Origin: Clostridia bacterium
GTDB lineage: Bacteria > Bacillota > Clostridia > Oscillospirales > JAAYXM01
DNA length: 64,000 bases
Reading direction: 5' to 3'
Assembly: GCA_017559855.1 (NCBI GenBank)
Contig: JAFYQP010000016.1
Coordinates: forward strand, 4,509-68,508
Below, piece after piece: positions 30,080-38,757 of the stretch (position 1 is its first letter; each line of letters opens with the position of its first letter). Under the pieces are notes generated by a model, which worked only from the letters and a program-made list of their open reading frames with translations, did no database searches and was not told the origin of the DNA. The position numbers were made by a program, and so were the translations under genes.

Positions 30080-30691
30080 CTAACCGATAATATTTTTAAA
30101 ATTCTCAAGAATTGCAAGACCTACATCACCGCTTTTTTCCGGATGAAATTGGCAACCATAGGCATTTCCGTTTTTTACGATTGCGGTAATTTCCGTGCCG
30201 TAATCGCAAGTTGCAATCAGTTGTTCAGGCTTATTTACCGTTGCACAATATGAATGAACAAAGTAAACGTACGGATGCTCAGGAAGTCCCTTTGTAAGAT
30301 CACAAGGATTTTTAATTTCAAGTTCATTCCAACCAATCTGTGGAAGTTTAAACTCGGTTTCTATTCTCTTAACTTCACCGGATACAAGTCCTAACCCTTC
30401 ACACTCTTCATCTTCAAAGCCACGATCCAGAAGTAATTGCATACCGAGGCAAATGCCGAGCAGCGGTTTTTTCTTAACTTCACTGCATACAATGTCACGA
30501 AGACCTGCATCCACAAGTGCTCTGTAAGCCATGGGGAACGAACCTACCCCCGGAAGCAAAAGAGCATCAGCACGGCAAATTTCATCTACATCTCCGGTGA
30601 TGATATTCTTCGCACCGACAAAATCCAGTGCTTTTGCAACACTATGTAAATTGCCGACACCGTAGTCAATTATCGCTGTATATCCGCTCAT
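30080..30691 (-). CDS. hisH: Imidazole glycerol phosphate synthase glutaminase subunit
   Basis: GNLHSV, LPGVGSF, catalytic GICLGMQ and HSY...QFHPEKS. Confidence 0.95.
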   Translation of the reverse strand: MSGYTAIIDYGVGNLHSVAKALDFVGAKNIITGDVDEICRADALLLPGVGSFPMAYRALVDAGLRDIVCSEVKKKPLLGICLGMQLLLDRGFEDEECEGLGLVSGEVKRIETEFKLPQIGWNELEIKNPCDLTKGLPEHPYVYFVHSYCATVNKPEQLIATCDYGTEITAIVKNGNAYGCQFHPEKSGDVGLAILENFKNIIG

Positions 30692-30693
30692 TC

Positions 30694-31269
30694 TTAAAGT
30701 GCTCCTTTTGTACTGGGGATTTTATCACCTGTAATACGGGTGGCAACTTTAAGCGAACGGCCAACCGCCTTATAAATTGCCTCGGTTATGTGATGCGCGT
30801 TCTCGCCATACTCTGAAATTATATGTAAGGTAAGTCCTGCATTGGTGGAAAGTGCACGCATAAACTCAAGAGTGATACAGGAGTCATATTCCCCTATTAC
30901 CTCTTGCGGCATATCAGCAAAGAACACAAGGTAAGGTCTGCCGGAAATGTCAAGAATTGCATCTGCAAGAGCCTCATCCATAGGCACACGGGCATTGCCG
31001 AAACGCTCAATACCTACTTTATCGCCAAGTGCTATATTTAGTGCCTGACCGATAACGATACCGGTATCCTCTACCGTGTGATGGCAATCGACTTCAAGAT
31101 CGCCTTTGACCGAAACTTCAAGTCCGAACCCTGCATGGGTTGCAAATGCGGTCAACATATGATCAAAAAAACCAATTCCGGTGGAAACACAGATTTTACC
31201 ACCGTCAAGATTCATCTTTACCTGAATATCTGTTTCTTTGGTTTTACGGCTTACACTAGCCTCTCTCAT
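30694..31269 (-). CDS. hisB: Imidazoleglycerol-phosphate dehydratase
   Basis: RKTKETDI, FFDHML, DCHHTVEDTGI, NAHHITEA. Confidence 0.95.
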   Translation of the reverse strand: MREASVSRKTKETDIQVKMNLDGGKICVSTGIGFFDHMLTAFATHAGFGLEVSVKGDLEVDCHHTVEDTGIVIGQALNIALGDKVGIERFGNARVPMDEALADAILDISGRPYLVFFADMPQEVIGEYDSCITLEFMRALSTNAGLTLHIISEYGENAHHITEAIYKAVGRSLKVATRITGDKIPSTKGAL

Positions 31270-32294
31270 TATAAAACCTCCTTAAGTGCAGAAACAACAC
31301 GTGCATTTTCCTCATCACTACCTGCAGTAATTCGCAAATAGTCACCCATTATATTACGCACGGAAATTCCCTTTTCACGAAGTTTTAACCAAACTTCTTT
31401 TGCATTGCTTAATTTAATTAAAACAAAGTTTGTCTTACAAAAAATCGGATTTACGCCAATTTCACAAAGGGCATTAAATAATTTTTCCCTGGATTGCAAA
31501 ATAGACGAAATACTATTACTAATATACTCCGAATCACGGAGAATTTCAAGTGCCGCCGCCTGAGTGAAACCGTTCACATTATACGGAGATTTTGCCTTTT
31601 TAACATTGTCGACAATCTCTTTTGTCGAAATGACAAAACCGCAACGTGCAGCGGCTAAACCAAATGCTTTTGAACAAGTTTTCAGAACAATCAGATTGGG
31701 ATATTTGCCTACGCAATCGAGCACACTTTGATCCCAGAACTCCATATACGCTTCATCAACTATTACAAGGCAGTCACAATTTTCTACAACACGGATTACC
31801 TCATCTCTTTCAAGCCCTTGTCCGCTGGGATTACAGGGATTTGAGAAGATGAGCAGGTCTGCACTGTTTTCACGCACGGTGTTTATCATTGCGTCTGCGT
31901 CGAGAAAAAGACCGTTTTTACCTGCACTTATAACCGGATGTTCAGAAAGTTCAGCATAAAAGGCATACATTGAAAAGTCCGGTGCAGATATTACAACCTT
32001 GCCATCCGTTTCAACCATTGTAGACATCACAAGGGATATAAGTTCATCAGAGCCGTTACCTGCAACCACCTGCTCCGGTAAAACGCCATAACGCTCTGCC
32101 GCCGCCGTACAAAGTGCTTTTGCAGTAGGATCAGGATAACGGTTTAATGCAACCTGACTTAACGCTTTATCAATTTTATCCTTAAGTTTTCCGCTTGGCG
32201 CGAGAAAACTTTCATTTGCATCCAAAACAACCTCGAACTTTTCAATTGTTGGCTCGTAAGGTGCAAGTTTTTCAAGTTTACTTGCAATTCTCAT
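31269..32294 (-). CDS. hisC: Histidinol-phosphate aminotransferase
   Basis: A class-II aminotransferase with NRYPDP, NPCNPSG and TCSKAFGLAAARCG (PLP Lys). It sits between hisD and hisB. Confidence 0.9.
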   Translation of the reverse strand: MRIASKLEKLAPYEPTIEKFEVVLDANESFLAPSGKLKDKIDKALSQVALNRYPDPTAKALCTAAAERYGVLPEQVVAGNGSDELISLVMSTMVETDGKVVISAPDFSMYAFYAELSEHPVISAGKNGLFLDADAMINTVRENSADLLIFSNPCNPSGQGLERDEVIRVVENCDCLVIVDEAYMEFWDQSVLDCVGKYPNLIVLKTCSKAFGLAAARCGFVISTKEIVDNVKKAKSPYNVNGFTQAAALEILRDSEYISNSISSILQSREKLFNALCEIGVNPIFCKTNFVLIKLSNAKEVWLKLREKGISVRNIMGDYLRITAGSDEENARVVSALKEVL

Positions 32295-33565
32295 TTCTTT
32301 CTCCTGACCGTTATTGAGTTTGCATGGGCATCAAGTCCCTCTGCATATGCAAGAATCTCAATTTTCTCCGCAAGTTCCATAAGTGCTTCCTGCGTGTACT
32401 CAATAACACTTGATTTTTTTAGGAAACTATCTGTTGACAGTGGTGAGAAAAACCGTGCAGTACCTGACGTAGGAAGTACGTGGCAAGGTCCTGCCATATA
32501 GTCACCAAGTGGCTCCGGTGAATACTGACCGAGGAAAATAGCACCTGCATTTTCGATAAGTTCCATATCCGCCCTAGGATTTTTGGTAATAATCTCAAGG
32601 TGTTCAGGTGCAACCTCATTTGCAATTTCAGCCGCATTTTCAATTGAGTCAACAACAATAATGGCACCGAAATTCTCAAGTGACTCCTTAATGATCTCTG
32701 CCCTTTTGCGTTCTTTCAACTGCTCTGAAACCGCCTCTTTTACTTTTATTGCGAGTTCTTCACTTGTGGTGAGCACGATTGAGGACGCGAGTTTATCATG
32801 CTCTGCTTGGCTTAACATATCCGCCGCTACATATTCTGCATTTGCACTTTCATCCGCAATTATAAGTATCTCAGACGGTCCTGCGATCATATCGATATCA
32901 ACCGTACCGTAAACAAGACGCTTTGCCGCCGCTACGTACGCATTACCGGGGCCTACGATTTTGTCAACACGGGGAATATCCCCTGCACCATAACTGAGTG
33001 CACCTACCGCTTGAACACCGCCGATAGCAAAAACTCTGTCAATACCTGCAATTTTAGCAGCGGCAAGTACCGCGGTGTTCAGGTTTTCCGTAGGTGGTGT
33101 TACCATTATTATTTCTCCAACGCCCGCAACCTTTGCAGGGATAGCGTTCATCAAAACAGATGACGGGTATGCGGCAGTGCCGCCCGGTACGTAGATGCCG
33201 ACACGTGAGAGACCTCGTACCCGCTGTCCGAGTTTCGTACCGTGATTTTCCCACTCCCAAGTTTTTGCAAGCATTTTTTCGTGATAAAGCCTTATATTCT
33301 CTGCTGCCGTTTCAAGAGAGTTACGAACGTCTGCATCACAGTCTGAATATGCTTTTTCAAGTTCTTCTTTTTTAATTTCACGAGGTAAAACCTTATCAAA
33401 TTTTTCCGAATATTTACAAACTGCGTCATATCCGTTTTTGGCAATGTCGGCAAGAATTTCCGAAACTGCGGCATTTACCGCACTTCCTACCTCACCTGCA
33501 CGGGCACGCATATCCGCGAGTAATTCCTTCTCTACAACACCGTCTGCATATATAATCTGTGGCAT
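32291..33565 (-). CDS. hisD: Histidinol dehydrogenase
   Basis: YVPGGTAAYPSSVLM, GPGNAYV, QAEHD, APEHL. Confidence 0.95.
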   Translation of the reverse strand: MPQIIYADGVVEKELLADMRARAGEVGSAVNAAVSEILADIAKNGYDAVCKYSEKFDKVLPREIKKEELEKAYSDCDADVRNSLETAAENIRLYHEKMLAKTWEWENHGTKLGQRVRGLSRVGIYVPGGTAAYPSSVLMNAIPAKVAGVGEIIMVTPPTENLNTAVLAAAKIAGIDRVFAIGGVQAVGALSYGAGDIPRVDKIVGPGNAYVAAAKRLVYGTVDIDMIAGPSEILIIADESANAEYVAADMLSQAEHDKLASSIVLTTSEELAIKVKEAVSEQLKERKRAEIIKESLENFGAIIVVDSIENAAEIANEVAPEHLEIITKNPRADMELIENAGAIFLGQYSPEPLGDYMAGPCHVLPTSGTARFFSPLSTDSFLKKSSVIEYTQEALMELAEKIEILAYAEGLDAHANSITVRRKK

Positions 33566-33570
33566 AGCAT

Positions 33571-34203
33571 TTAGTCCTCCAGGTTATCCTCAAGTTTTTT
33601 AAGGAAATCAAAAATCTCTTCCTTGTAAAGTTTCATAGATGCAATATTTACAATAAGCCGTGCACTAATTGGGTGGATGTCCTCAATAGGATGGAGACCG
33701 TTCTCCTTCATCGTTGTTCCGGTCTCTACAATATCCACAATTGCATCGGCAATACCGAGAAGCGGTGCAAGTTCAACCGAGCCTTCAATTTTTATAATAT
33801 CAACGTCCATACCCTTTTTTGCAAAGTATTCCCTTGCAACCTTGGGGTATTTTGTAGCGATTCTTCGAGTTTTACAACCGCTGTAGAAATCATCCTCAAC
33901 CTTTGTAGCAAGAGCAAATCTACACTTGCCAAAGCCCAAGTCAAGCATTTCATAAAAGGAATTACCGTTTTCCATAATGGTATCCTTACCTACAACACCG
34001 AGATCGCACACGCCGTGTTCTACATAAGTTATTACGTCTGCCGCCTTTGCAAGAACTATTTCAAGGGGGTAGTTCGGAATCTTATAAATAAGTTTGCGGC
34101 TACCACTTTCAAGTTCACTACAGTCAAGTCCCATTTTTTTAAGTACGGCAAGAGTCTTCTTTTCAAGTCGTCCCTTGGTTAATGCAATTTTTAGTACACT
34201 CAT
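33571..34203 (-). CDS. hisG: ATP phosphoribosyltransferase, short form
   Basis: A 210-aa HisG(S) with LKIALTKGRL and DIVETGTTMKENGL. It is paired with hisZ. Confidence 0.95.
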   Translation of the reverse strand: MSVLKIALTKGRLEKKTLAVLKKMGLDCSELESGSRKLIYKIPNYPLEIVLAKAADVITYVEHGVCDLGVVGKDTIMENGNSFYEMLDLGFGKCRFALATKVEDDFYSGCKTRRIATKYPKVAREYFAKKGMDVDIIKIEGSVELAPLLGIADAIVDIVETGTTMKENGLHPIEDIHPISARLIVNIASMKLYKEEIFDFLKKLEDNLED

Positions 34204-35346
34204 TTATTTCACCTCCAAAATGGTGCCATCTGCATATATAACAAGCAGTCTTAGATTGTTTTTCTCTGCATACGCACGGCTTTCCTCAATGGTTTTGCAT
34301 GAAGAGAGGGTTGTATTATCATGTTTGTCGAGGTATTCAAATCCACAACGAACAGCACCCTGTGTTATGTGAAGAAGAGTGTCGTACTTCATTTCCTCAA
34401 CGCCAACACATTCTGCAACAGCATCAATATCAATAGCAAAACCTACTGCCGGAACTTCTTTTCCAAAGGATGTAATAAGGTTATCATATCTTCCGCCTGA
34501 AAGTACCGGTGTACCGACACCTTCCATATAGCCTCTGATAATGATACCGCTATAGTAGTCAATCTGGTGTACAAGTCCTAAATCAATGCTTATAACATCT
34601 GCAACGCCCGCCTCTTCAAGCCCACGATACAGTTCCTTTAAGTAAGCAAGTTCGCCATCTGTATTATCCAGAATTTCAATACCGCCAAACATTCTCGACA
34701 AGTTCTTAAGTGCACGAGTTGCATCACTATCGCCAAATCCGTCAAGCATATCGGAAAGAGCCGCAAAATTCTTGTTCTCAATATACGTTCTCATACGCTC
34801 AAACTCTGCATCACTCATCGAAAGACGACCTGCAAGCATCTTGAAATAACCGGAAAAACCAAGTTCAATTGCAATTTTCTTATCGGTGCAGGCACGCAGT
34901 GCATCAACAGCCATTACAATCATCATAATGTCCGCTTCTATTCCACGATAACCTAAAAGTTCAATACCACCCTGCAGGATTTCCGTAGACATACCCTTGT
35001 CTTCTCTGCACGCACGATAAACTTTCTCCACATAGCAAAGACGTGCGGGTAGCATCTGTTCAGGTAATTTTGTTGCCGCAATTCGTGCAATGGGGGTTGT
35101 CATATCCGGGCGAAGTACCAAAAGTTTTCCGGTACATTCGCTCATTTTATAAAGCATTTCCTGCGGAATCGGATTTTCCGGTGCAAGACATGCGTCAAAA
35201 TATTCAAAACTCGGACTGCTTACCTCAGAAAAACCACGACGCAGAAACAAACTGCGAAGAGAATCCTCAACACGTCTGCGTGCACGACACTCGTCAAACA
35301 ATCTGTCACGAGTACCAATCGGAGTTTTAATATCATTCTTTTTCAT
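34204..35346 (-). CDS. hisZ: ATP phosphoribosyltransferase regulatory subunit (HisRS paralogue)
   Basis: It has a class-II aaRS-like core (GTRD, LRPDMTTPIAR, GGRYDNL) without an anticodon domain, and it is the first gene of the his operon. Confidence 0.9.
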   Translation of the reverse strand: MKKNDIKTPIGTRDRLFDECRARRRVEDSLRSLFLRRGFSEVSSPSFEYFDACLAPENPIPQEMLYKMSECTGKLLVLRPDMTTPIARIAATKLPEQMLPARLCYVEKVYRACREDKGMSTEILQGGIELLGYRGIEADIMMIVMAVDALRACTDKKIAIELGFSGYFKMLAGRLSMSDAEFERMRTYIENKNFAALSDMLDGFGDSDATRALKNLSRMFGGIEILDNTDGELAYLKELYRGLEEAGVADVISIDLGLVHQIDYYSGIIIRGYMEGVGTPVLSGGRYDNLITSFGKEVPAVGFAIDIDAVAECVGVEEMKYDTLLHITQGAVRCGFEYLDKHDNTTLSSCKTIEESRAYAEKNNLRLLVIYADGTILEVK

Positions 35347-35388
35347 AACAATTCCTCAATTCATCAATTTATCACTTTAACACACTAA

Positions 35389-35417
35389 ATTATAACATAC
35401 GTATTTCCCTATGTCAA
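35389..35417 (-). promoter_or_regulatory. Consensus sigmaA promoter TTGACA-17-TATAAT for the his operon
   Basis: Perfect hexamers were read on the minus strand about 40 nt upstream of the hisZ ATG. Confidence 0.65.
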
Positions 35418-35496
35418 CATAAATTATACCATTTTTTTGAAAATAAATCTACGAATATTGAATGGATTAACGCACAAAATATCTCGGTGAAAGGAA

Positions 35497-35946
35497 GTGT
35501 TTTTTGTGCTTAAAATCAATGTTTTACAGAATGACGACGAACTTTTGCGTGAGGTGCTTATAAACGCATTCAAGGAATGTAAAACCGACGTTGAGATAAG
35601 CCAAGATTCCGATGTCTGCATTTTTTCGGCAAGTACACCGAACAGTATGTGCACATCAAAAATCGCAATTTCTCCTGACGCAAAAAACATCTCCACAGAT
35701 GCAGTTGAAATAATAACTTACGGATTATGTTGCAAAAATACACTTACAATATCAAGTTACATTGAAAACAGAATGGTCATCTCCCTTCAACGTTCGGTTA
35801 AAACTTTAAATGGTAACGAAGTAGAGGTTCAAGACTTCCCTGTAATTATATCTGATCCGGACGAGCCGGAACTTGTACTTGCTGCAGTTGCTACATTAAT
35901 CGTCTGCGACGTACCGATAAGTCAAATTTCAAAACTTCCCTTTTAA
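35497..35946 (+). CDS. Hypothetical protein with no recognisable motifs
   Basis: This open frame of 149 codons uses GTG starts at 35497 or 35506 behind AGGAAG. Composition and codon use resemble the neighbours. I recognise no family. Confidence 0.45.
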   Translation: MFFVLKINVLQNDDELLREVLINAFKECKTDVEISQDSDVCIFSASTPNSMCTSKIAISPDAKNISTDAVEIITYGLCCKNTLTISSYIENRMVISLQRSVKTLNGNEVEVQDFPVIISDPDEPELVLAAVATLIVCDVPISQISKLPF

Positions 35947-35987
35947 CATATTTGTCCCATCATGTGAATATACTGTAACAAAAACTT

Positions 35988-36611
35988 GTGACAAAGGACG
36001 TGTTATTTAAAATGTTTCAAGCGAAAAATTCACTTGTTCTGTCGGGACAAATTTCAGACTCCCCCACACTTTCGCATCAAACCCACGACATAACCTTTAT
36101 GCGTTTTACCTTAAATGTTTCCCGCCTGTCGGGGGCATATGACAAAATAACGATACTTACAGATAGCCGGCTCTTATACAATCTTGACGTTACACCGGGT
36201 GCATACGTGGAAGTTGAGGGCGAACTTCGCTCGTATAATAACAAAAGCGGCATTGGCAACAAACTTCTTATCTGTGCTTTTGCAAAAACAATTACGCAAA
36301 CCGATGAAACACACAAAAACGACCTGCACCTGTGCGGTACCATTTGCAAAGCACCCATATATCGCCGCACACCACTCGGTCGTGAAATATGCGATTTGAT
36401 GATTGCAATCAACCGTCGTTACGGCAGAGCAGACTATATCCCCTGCATCGTTTGGGGTAAAAACGCACAAATTGCATCCGATTTTTCCGTTGGGGAAAAT
36501 GTAGAAATCTCAGGCCGTATCCAAAGCAGAGAATACATAAAAAGTACGGATGAGGAAAACACAATTCGAACGACTTATGAAGTATCTGTGACCACCATAG
36601 AACTTCAATAA
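35988..36611 (+). CDS. SSB/PriB-like protein with two tandem OB-fold halves
   Basis: Each half carries an SSB-like pattern. Half 1 reads LVLSGQI...FMRFTLNVSR...VEVEGELRSYN. Half 2 reads LHLCGTICKAP...LMIAINRR...IPCIVWGKNA...VEISGRIQSREY...TYEVSVTTIE. The start codon is uncertain. Confidence 0.55.
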   Translation: MTKDVLFKMFQAKNSLVLSGQISDSPTLSHQTHDITFMRFTLNVSRLSGAYDKITILTDSRLLYNLDVTPGAYVEVEGELRSYNNKSGIGNKLLICAFAKTITQTDETHKNDLHLCGTICKAPIYRRTPLGREICDLMIAINRRYGRADYIPCIVWGKNAQIASDFSVGENVEISGRIQSREYIKSTDEENTIRTTYEVSVTTIELQ

Positions 36612-36690
36612 ATTTCCAGTATATTATATTGTTTTATACCAATAATAAACTTGGTAACAAACCAATATAATAACAAGGAGATGAATTAGA

Positions 36691-36870
36691 ATGGCTAAAC
36701 TCGTTCCCGGTGCAAAGGACGCATTAAACAAGTTCAAGATGGAGGCCGCAAATGAAGTCGGCGTAAATCTTAAGCAGGGCTATAACGGCGACCTTACTGC
36801 AAAGCAGGCAGGCAGTATCGGCGGTCAGATGGTCAAGAAGATGATCGAAAGTTACGAAAAGGGTATGTAA
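36691..36870 (+). CDS. Small acid-soluble spore protein, alpha/beta type (59 aa, below the ORF-track cutoff)
   Basis: My own translation is MAKLVPGAKDALNKFKMEAANEVGVNLKQGYNGDLTAKQAGSIGGQMVKKMIESYEKGM. Both conserved alpha/beta-SASP blocks are present, AAGGAG lies upstream and a terminator follows. Confidence 0.9.
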   Translation: MAKLVPGAKDALNKFKMEAANEVGVNLKQGYNGDLTAKQAGSIGGQMVKKMIESYEKGM

Positions 36871-36890
36871 TTTAACTTTTAAATAAATGA

Positions 36891-36923
36891 GGGTGTGTGA
36901 CGTAAGTCACACACCCTTGTTTT
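36891..36923 (+). terminator. Terminator after the SASP gene
   Basis: An 11-bp stem gggtgtgtgac/gtcacacaccc with loop gtaa is followed by ttgtttt. Confidence 0.8.
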
Positions 36924-37263
36924 AATATTTTATGATAAGTGGGAAGAAGATAAGCGGATCATCACCTATGTTTTTAATGCCATGGCCTTCACCGTCTGCC
37001 GTAAAGGTTAAATCCCCTGCACTTACCTCAACAATTGTTCCGTTGTCATTGTACTCTGCCGTTCCCGACAGAATATAATAATACTCACATTCTCCTTCAT
37101 GTACGTGGAAATCAACTGCACCGCCCGGTTCAACGGTTGCGAGTGCATACGTTCTGAGTTTTTCGGGTTGGTTTTCAAATGTGTTCAGTTTAAAAATTGT
37201 AAGTTCAGGTTTTCCGGGATCGGGTGTTCCGCATTTTGCAATTTCATCTGCTCGTCTAATCAT
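36922..37263 (-). CDS. Cupin domain protein
   Basis: A 113-aa protein with the cupin motifs DFHVHEGECEYYYILSG and GHGIKN. Confidence 0.7.
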   Translation of the reverse strand: MIRRADEIAKCGTPDPGKPELTIFKLNTFENQPEKLRTYALATVEPGGAVDFHVHEGECEYYYILSGTAEYNDNGTIVEVSAGDLTFTADGEGHGIKNIGDDPLIFFPLIIKY

Positions 37264-38308
37264 TTTTATCGCTCCTCACCATATATTCAAGAATCATATT
37301 AGTTGTGCCAATCAGTCCGTCAATATGTGTTCGTTCAACACCATGACTGCATATTACCGCCATACCGAATGCCGCGGCACGAAGATTATTACCCATTTTA
37401 AAGGAGGCGGAACCATCGGTACCGTAACGATAAAACACGTCAAGTGCATATCCGCAACCGACTTCCTTTGCACACTCAATAAGTTTATTTGTCAAATCAT
37501 AGTCGTACGGCATATTTGCATCTGCCGAACAAATGCTTACCTTATCTTCTGCACCATCCAGGTCCGGGCCTACAAGTCCGATATCAACTGCAATGTATTC
37601 GCTTACTCCCTCAGGTACATATGCACCGCCGCAACTTTTTTCTTCATAATACGGAAAAGCGAAAATCGTATCACATTCGGGAGTTAATTTATTCTCAGCA
37701 ATGTATTTTAGTGCCGCATAGGAACAAGCAATTGCACCTTTGTCATCAATATATCGGGATTTTAAGTAGCCGTTCTTGGTTAATGTTGTTCGAGGATCGG
37801 GGTAAATAAAATCACCGTTTTGTATTCCAAGTGCTTGAACGTCTTCTTTTGATTTTACCGGTTCATCAAGGAAAACAACCATATGCTCCTGGTCACGCGG
37901 CATGGATCTGCAATCCTCGAAAACGTGAGGTGAGTGTGATTTACAAGCGATAAGTCCGGTATATTCCCTCCCGTCACGAGTCATAATGCGAACACTTTCT
38001 CCCTCATAACTTTGAAACATAACCCCACCGAACGTACGCATCTGCAGAGTACCGTCATTTTCAATTTTATAGACAACCATACCAATTGTGTCGGCATGTG
38101 CGCCAAAAACAATCTTCTTTTCACGATTTTTACCCGAAACGGAGATATACGCAGTGTTTCTGTTATCATATGTAACGGAAAAGCCCAACTCTTTCGCCAA
38201 GTCTTCAAAAACCGGATTTAATTTTTTCGCATATCCCACTACACTTGGGACATCTGCAATCCTTTTAAAAGTGTCTACAAGATATTCGGCATCTATGTTA
38301 TACTTCAT
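37256..38308 (-). CDS. M42 family metallopeptidase (glutamyl aminopeptidase/FrvX-like)
   Basis: FGAHADTIGMVV, IDDKGAI and EE..GGAY-type metal ligands in a 350-aa protein. Confidence 0.8.
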   Translation of the reverse strand: MKYNIDAEYLVDTFKRIADVPSVVGYAKKLNPVFEDLAKELGFSVTYDNRNTAYISVSGKNREKKIVFGAHADTIGMVVYKIENDGTLQMRTFGGVMFQSYEGESVRIMTRDGREYTGLIACKSHSPHVFEDCRSMPRDQEHMVVFLDEPVKSKEDVQALGIQNGDFIYPDPRTTLTKNGYLKSRYIDDKGAIACSYAALKYIAENKLTPECDTIFAFPYYEEKSCGGAYVPEGVSEYIAVDIGLVGPDLDGAEDKVSICSADANMPYDYDLTNKLIECAKEVGCGYALDVFYRYGTDGSASFKMGNNLRAAAFGMAVICSHGVERTHIDGLIGTTNMILEYMVRSDKND

Positions 38309-38441
38309 ACTTTCACCTCCGCTTCAATTCTGCCTTTAGTCTAACATTTAATGCAAAAGATTGCAAGTGCAAATATGCCACCGGCATATTTTCTTAACAC
38401 AAAACCCCCCTTGGGGTTCAAGTCCCTTTTGATTTAAAATT

Positions 38442-38475
38442 AAAAGACAGATACCCGTTGGGGTATCTGTCTTTT
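38442..38475. terminator. Terminator hairpin immediately 3' of tRNA-Thr
   Basis: A 15-bp stem aaaagacagataccc/gggtatctgtctttt with loop gttg. Confidence 0.8.
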
Positions 38476-38477
38476 AT

Positions 38478-38553
38478 TGGAGCTGGAAAAGGGACTTGAA
38501 CCCTCGACTTCCTCATTACGAGTGAGGTACTCTACCAACTGAGTTATTCCAGC
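38478..38553 (-). tRNA. tRNA-Thr (anticodon CGU) with encoded CCA
   Basis: I folded a 76-nt cloverleaf by hand. Acceptor GCTGGAA/TTCCAGC, D stem ACTC/GAGT, anticodon stem CCTCA/TGAGG with loop CTCGTAA, T arm GAGGG-TTCAAGT-CCCTT and 3' TCCA. Confidence 0.9.
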
Positions 38554-38757
38554 AACGCTATTTCATAGTCTACCATAAATTAACCCTTCAGTCAATTATA
38601 TTTTGAACTTCATTGTTAAAAAAGTCGAAATCAACAAATACTTTTTTTAATCATTGTTTAAGATAAACATTGATAAATATTTTGTCGTATGATATTATAT
38701 TGTAGTAAACGTGTGCCTATCCAGGCTATGAATTTCAAATCGGAGGAGATGTTAAAA

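Noticed and set aside
35347-35496. A possible T-box or His-leader attenuator upstream of hisZ.
   Set aside because: The consensus promoter leaves only about 40 nt of leader. There is no T-box sequence, no run of His codons and no terminator/antiterminator pair.
38309-38757. An integrated element at tRNA-Thr, suggested by the T-arm-like 17-mer.
   Set aside because: The copy is inverted rather than direct and lies only 56 nt from the tRNA. No integrase, phage or plasmid gene is adjacent. I keep it only as a low-interest observation.
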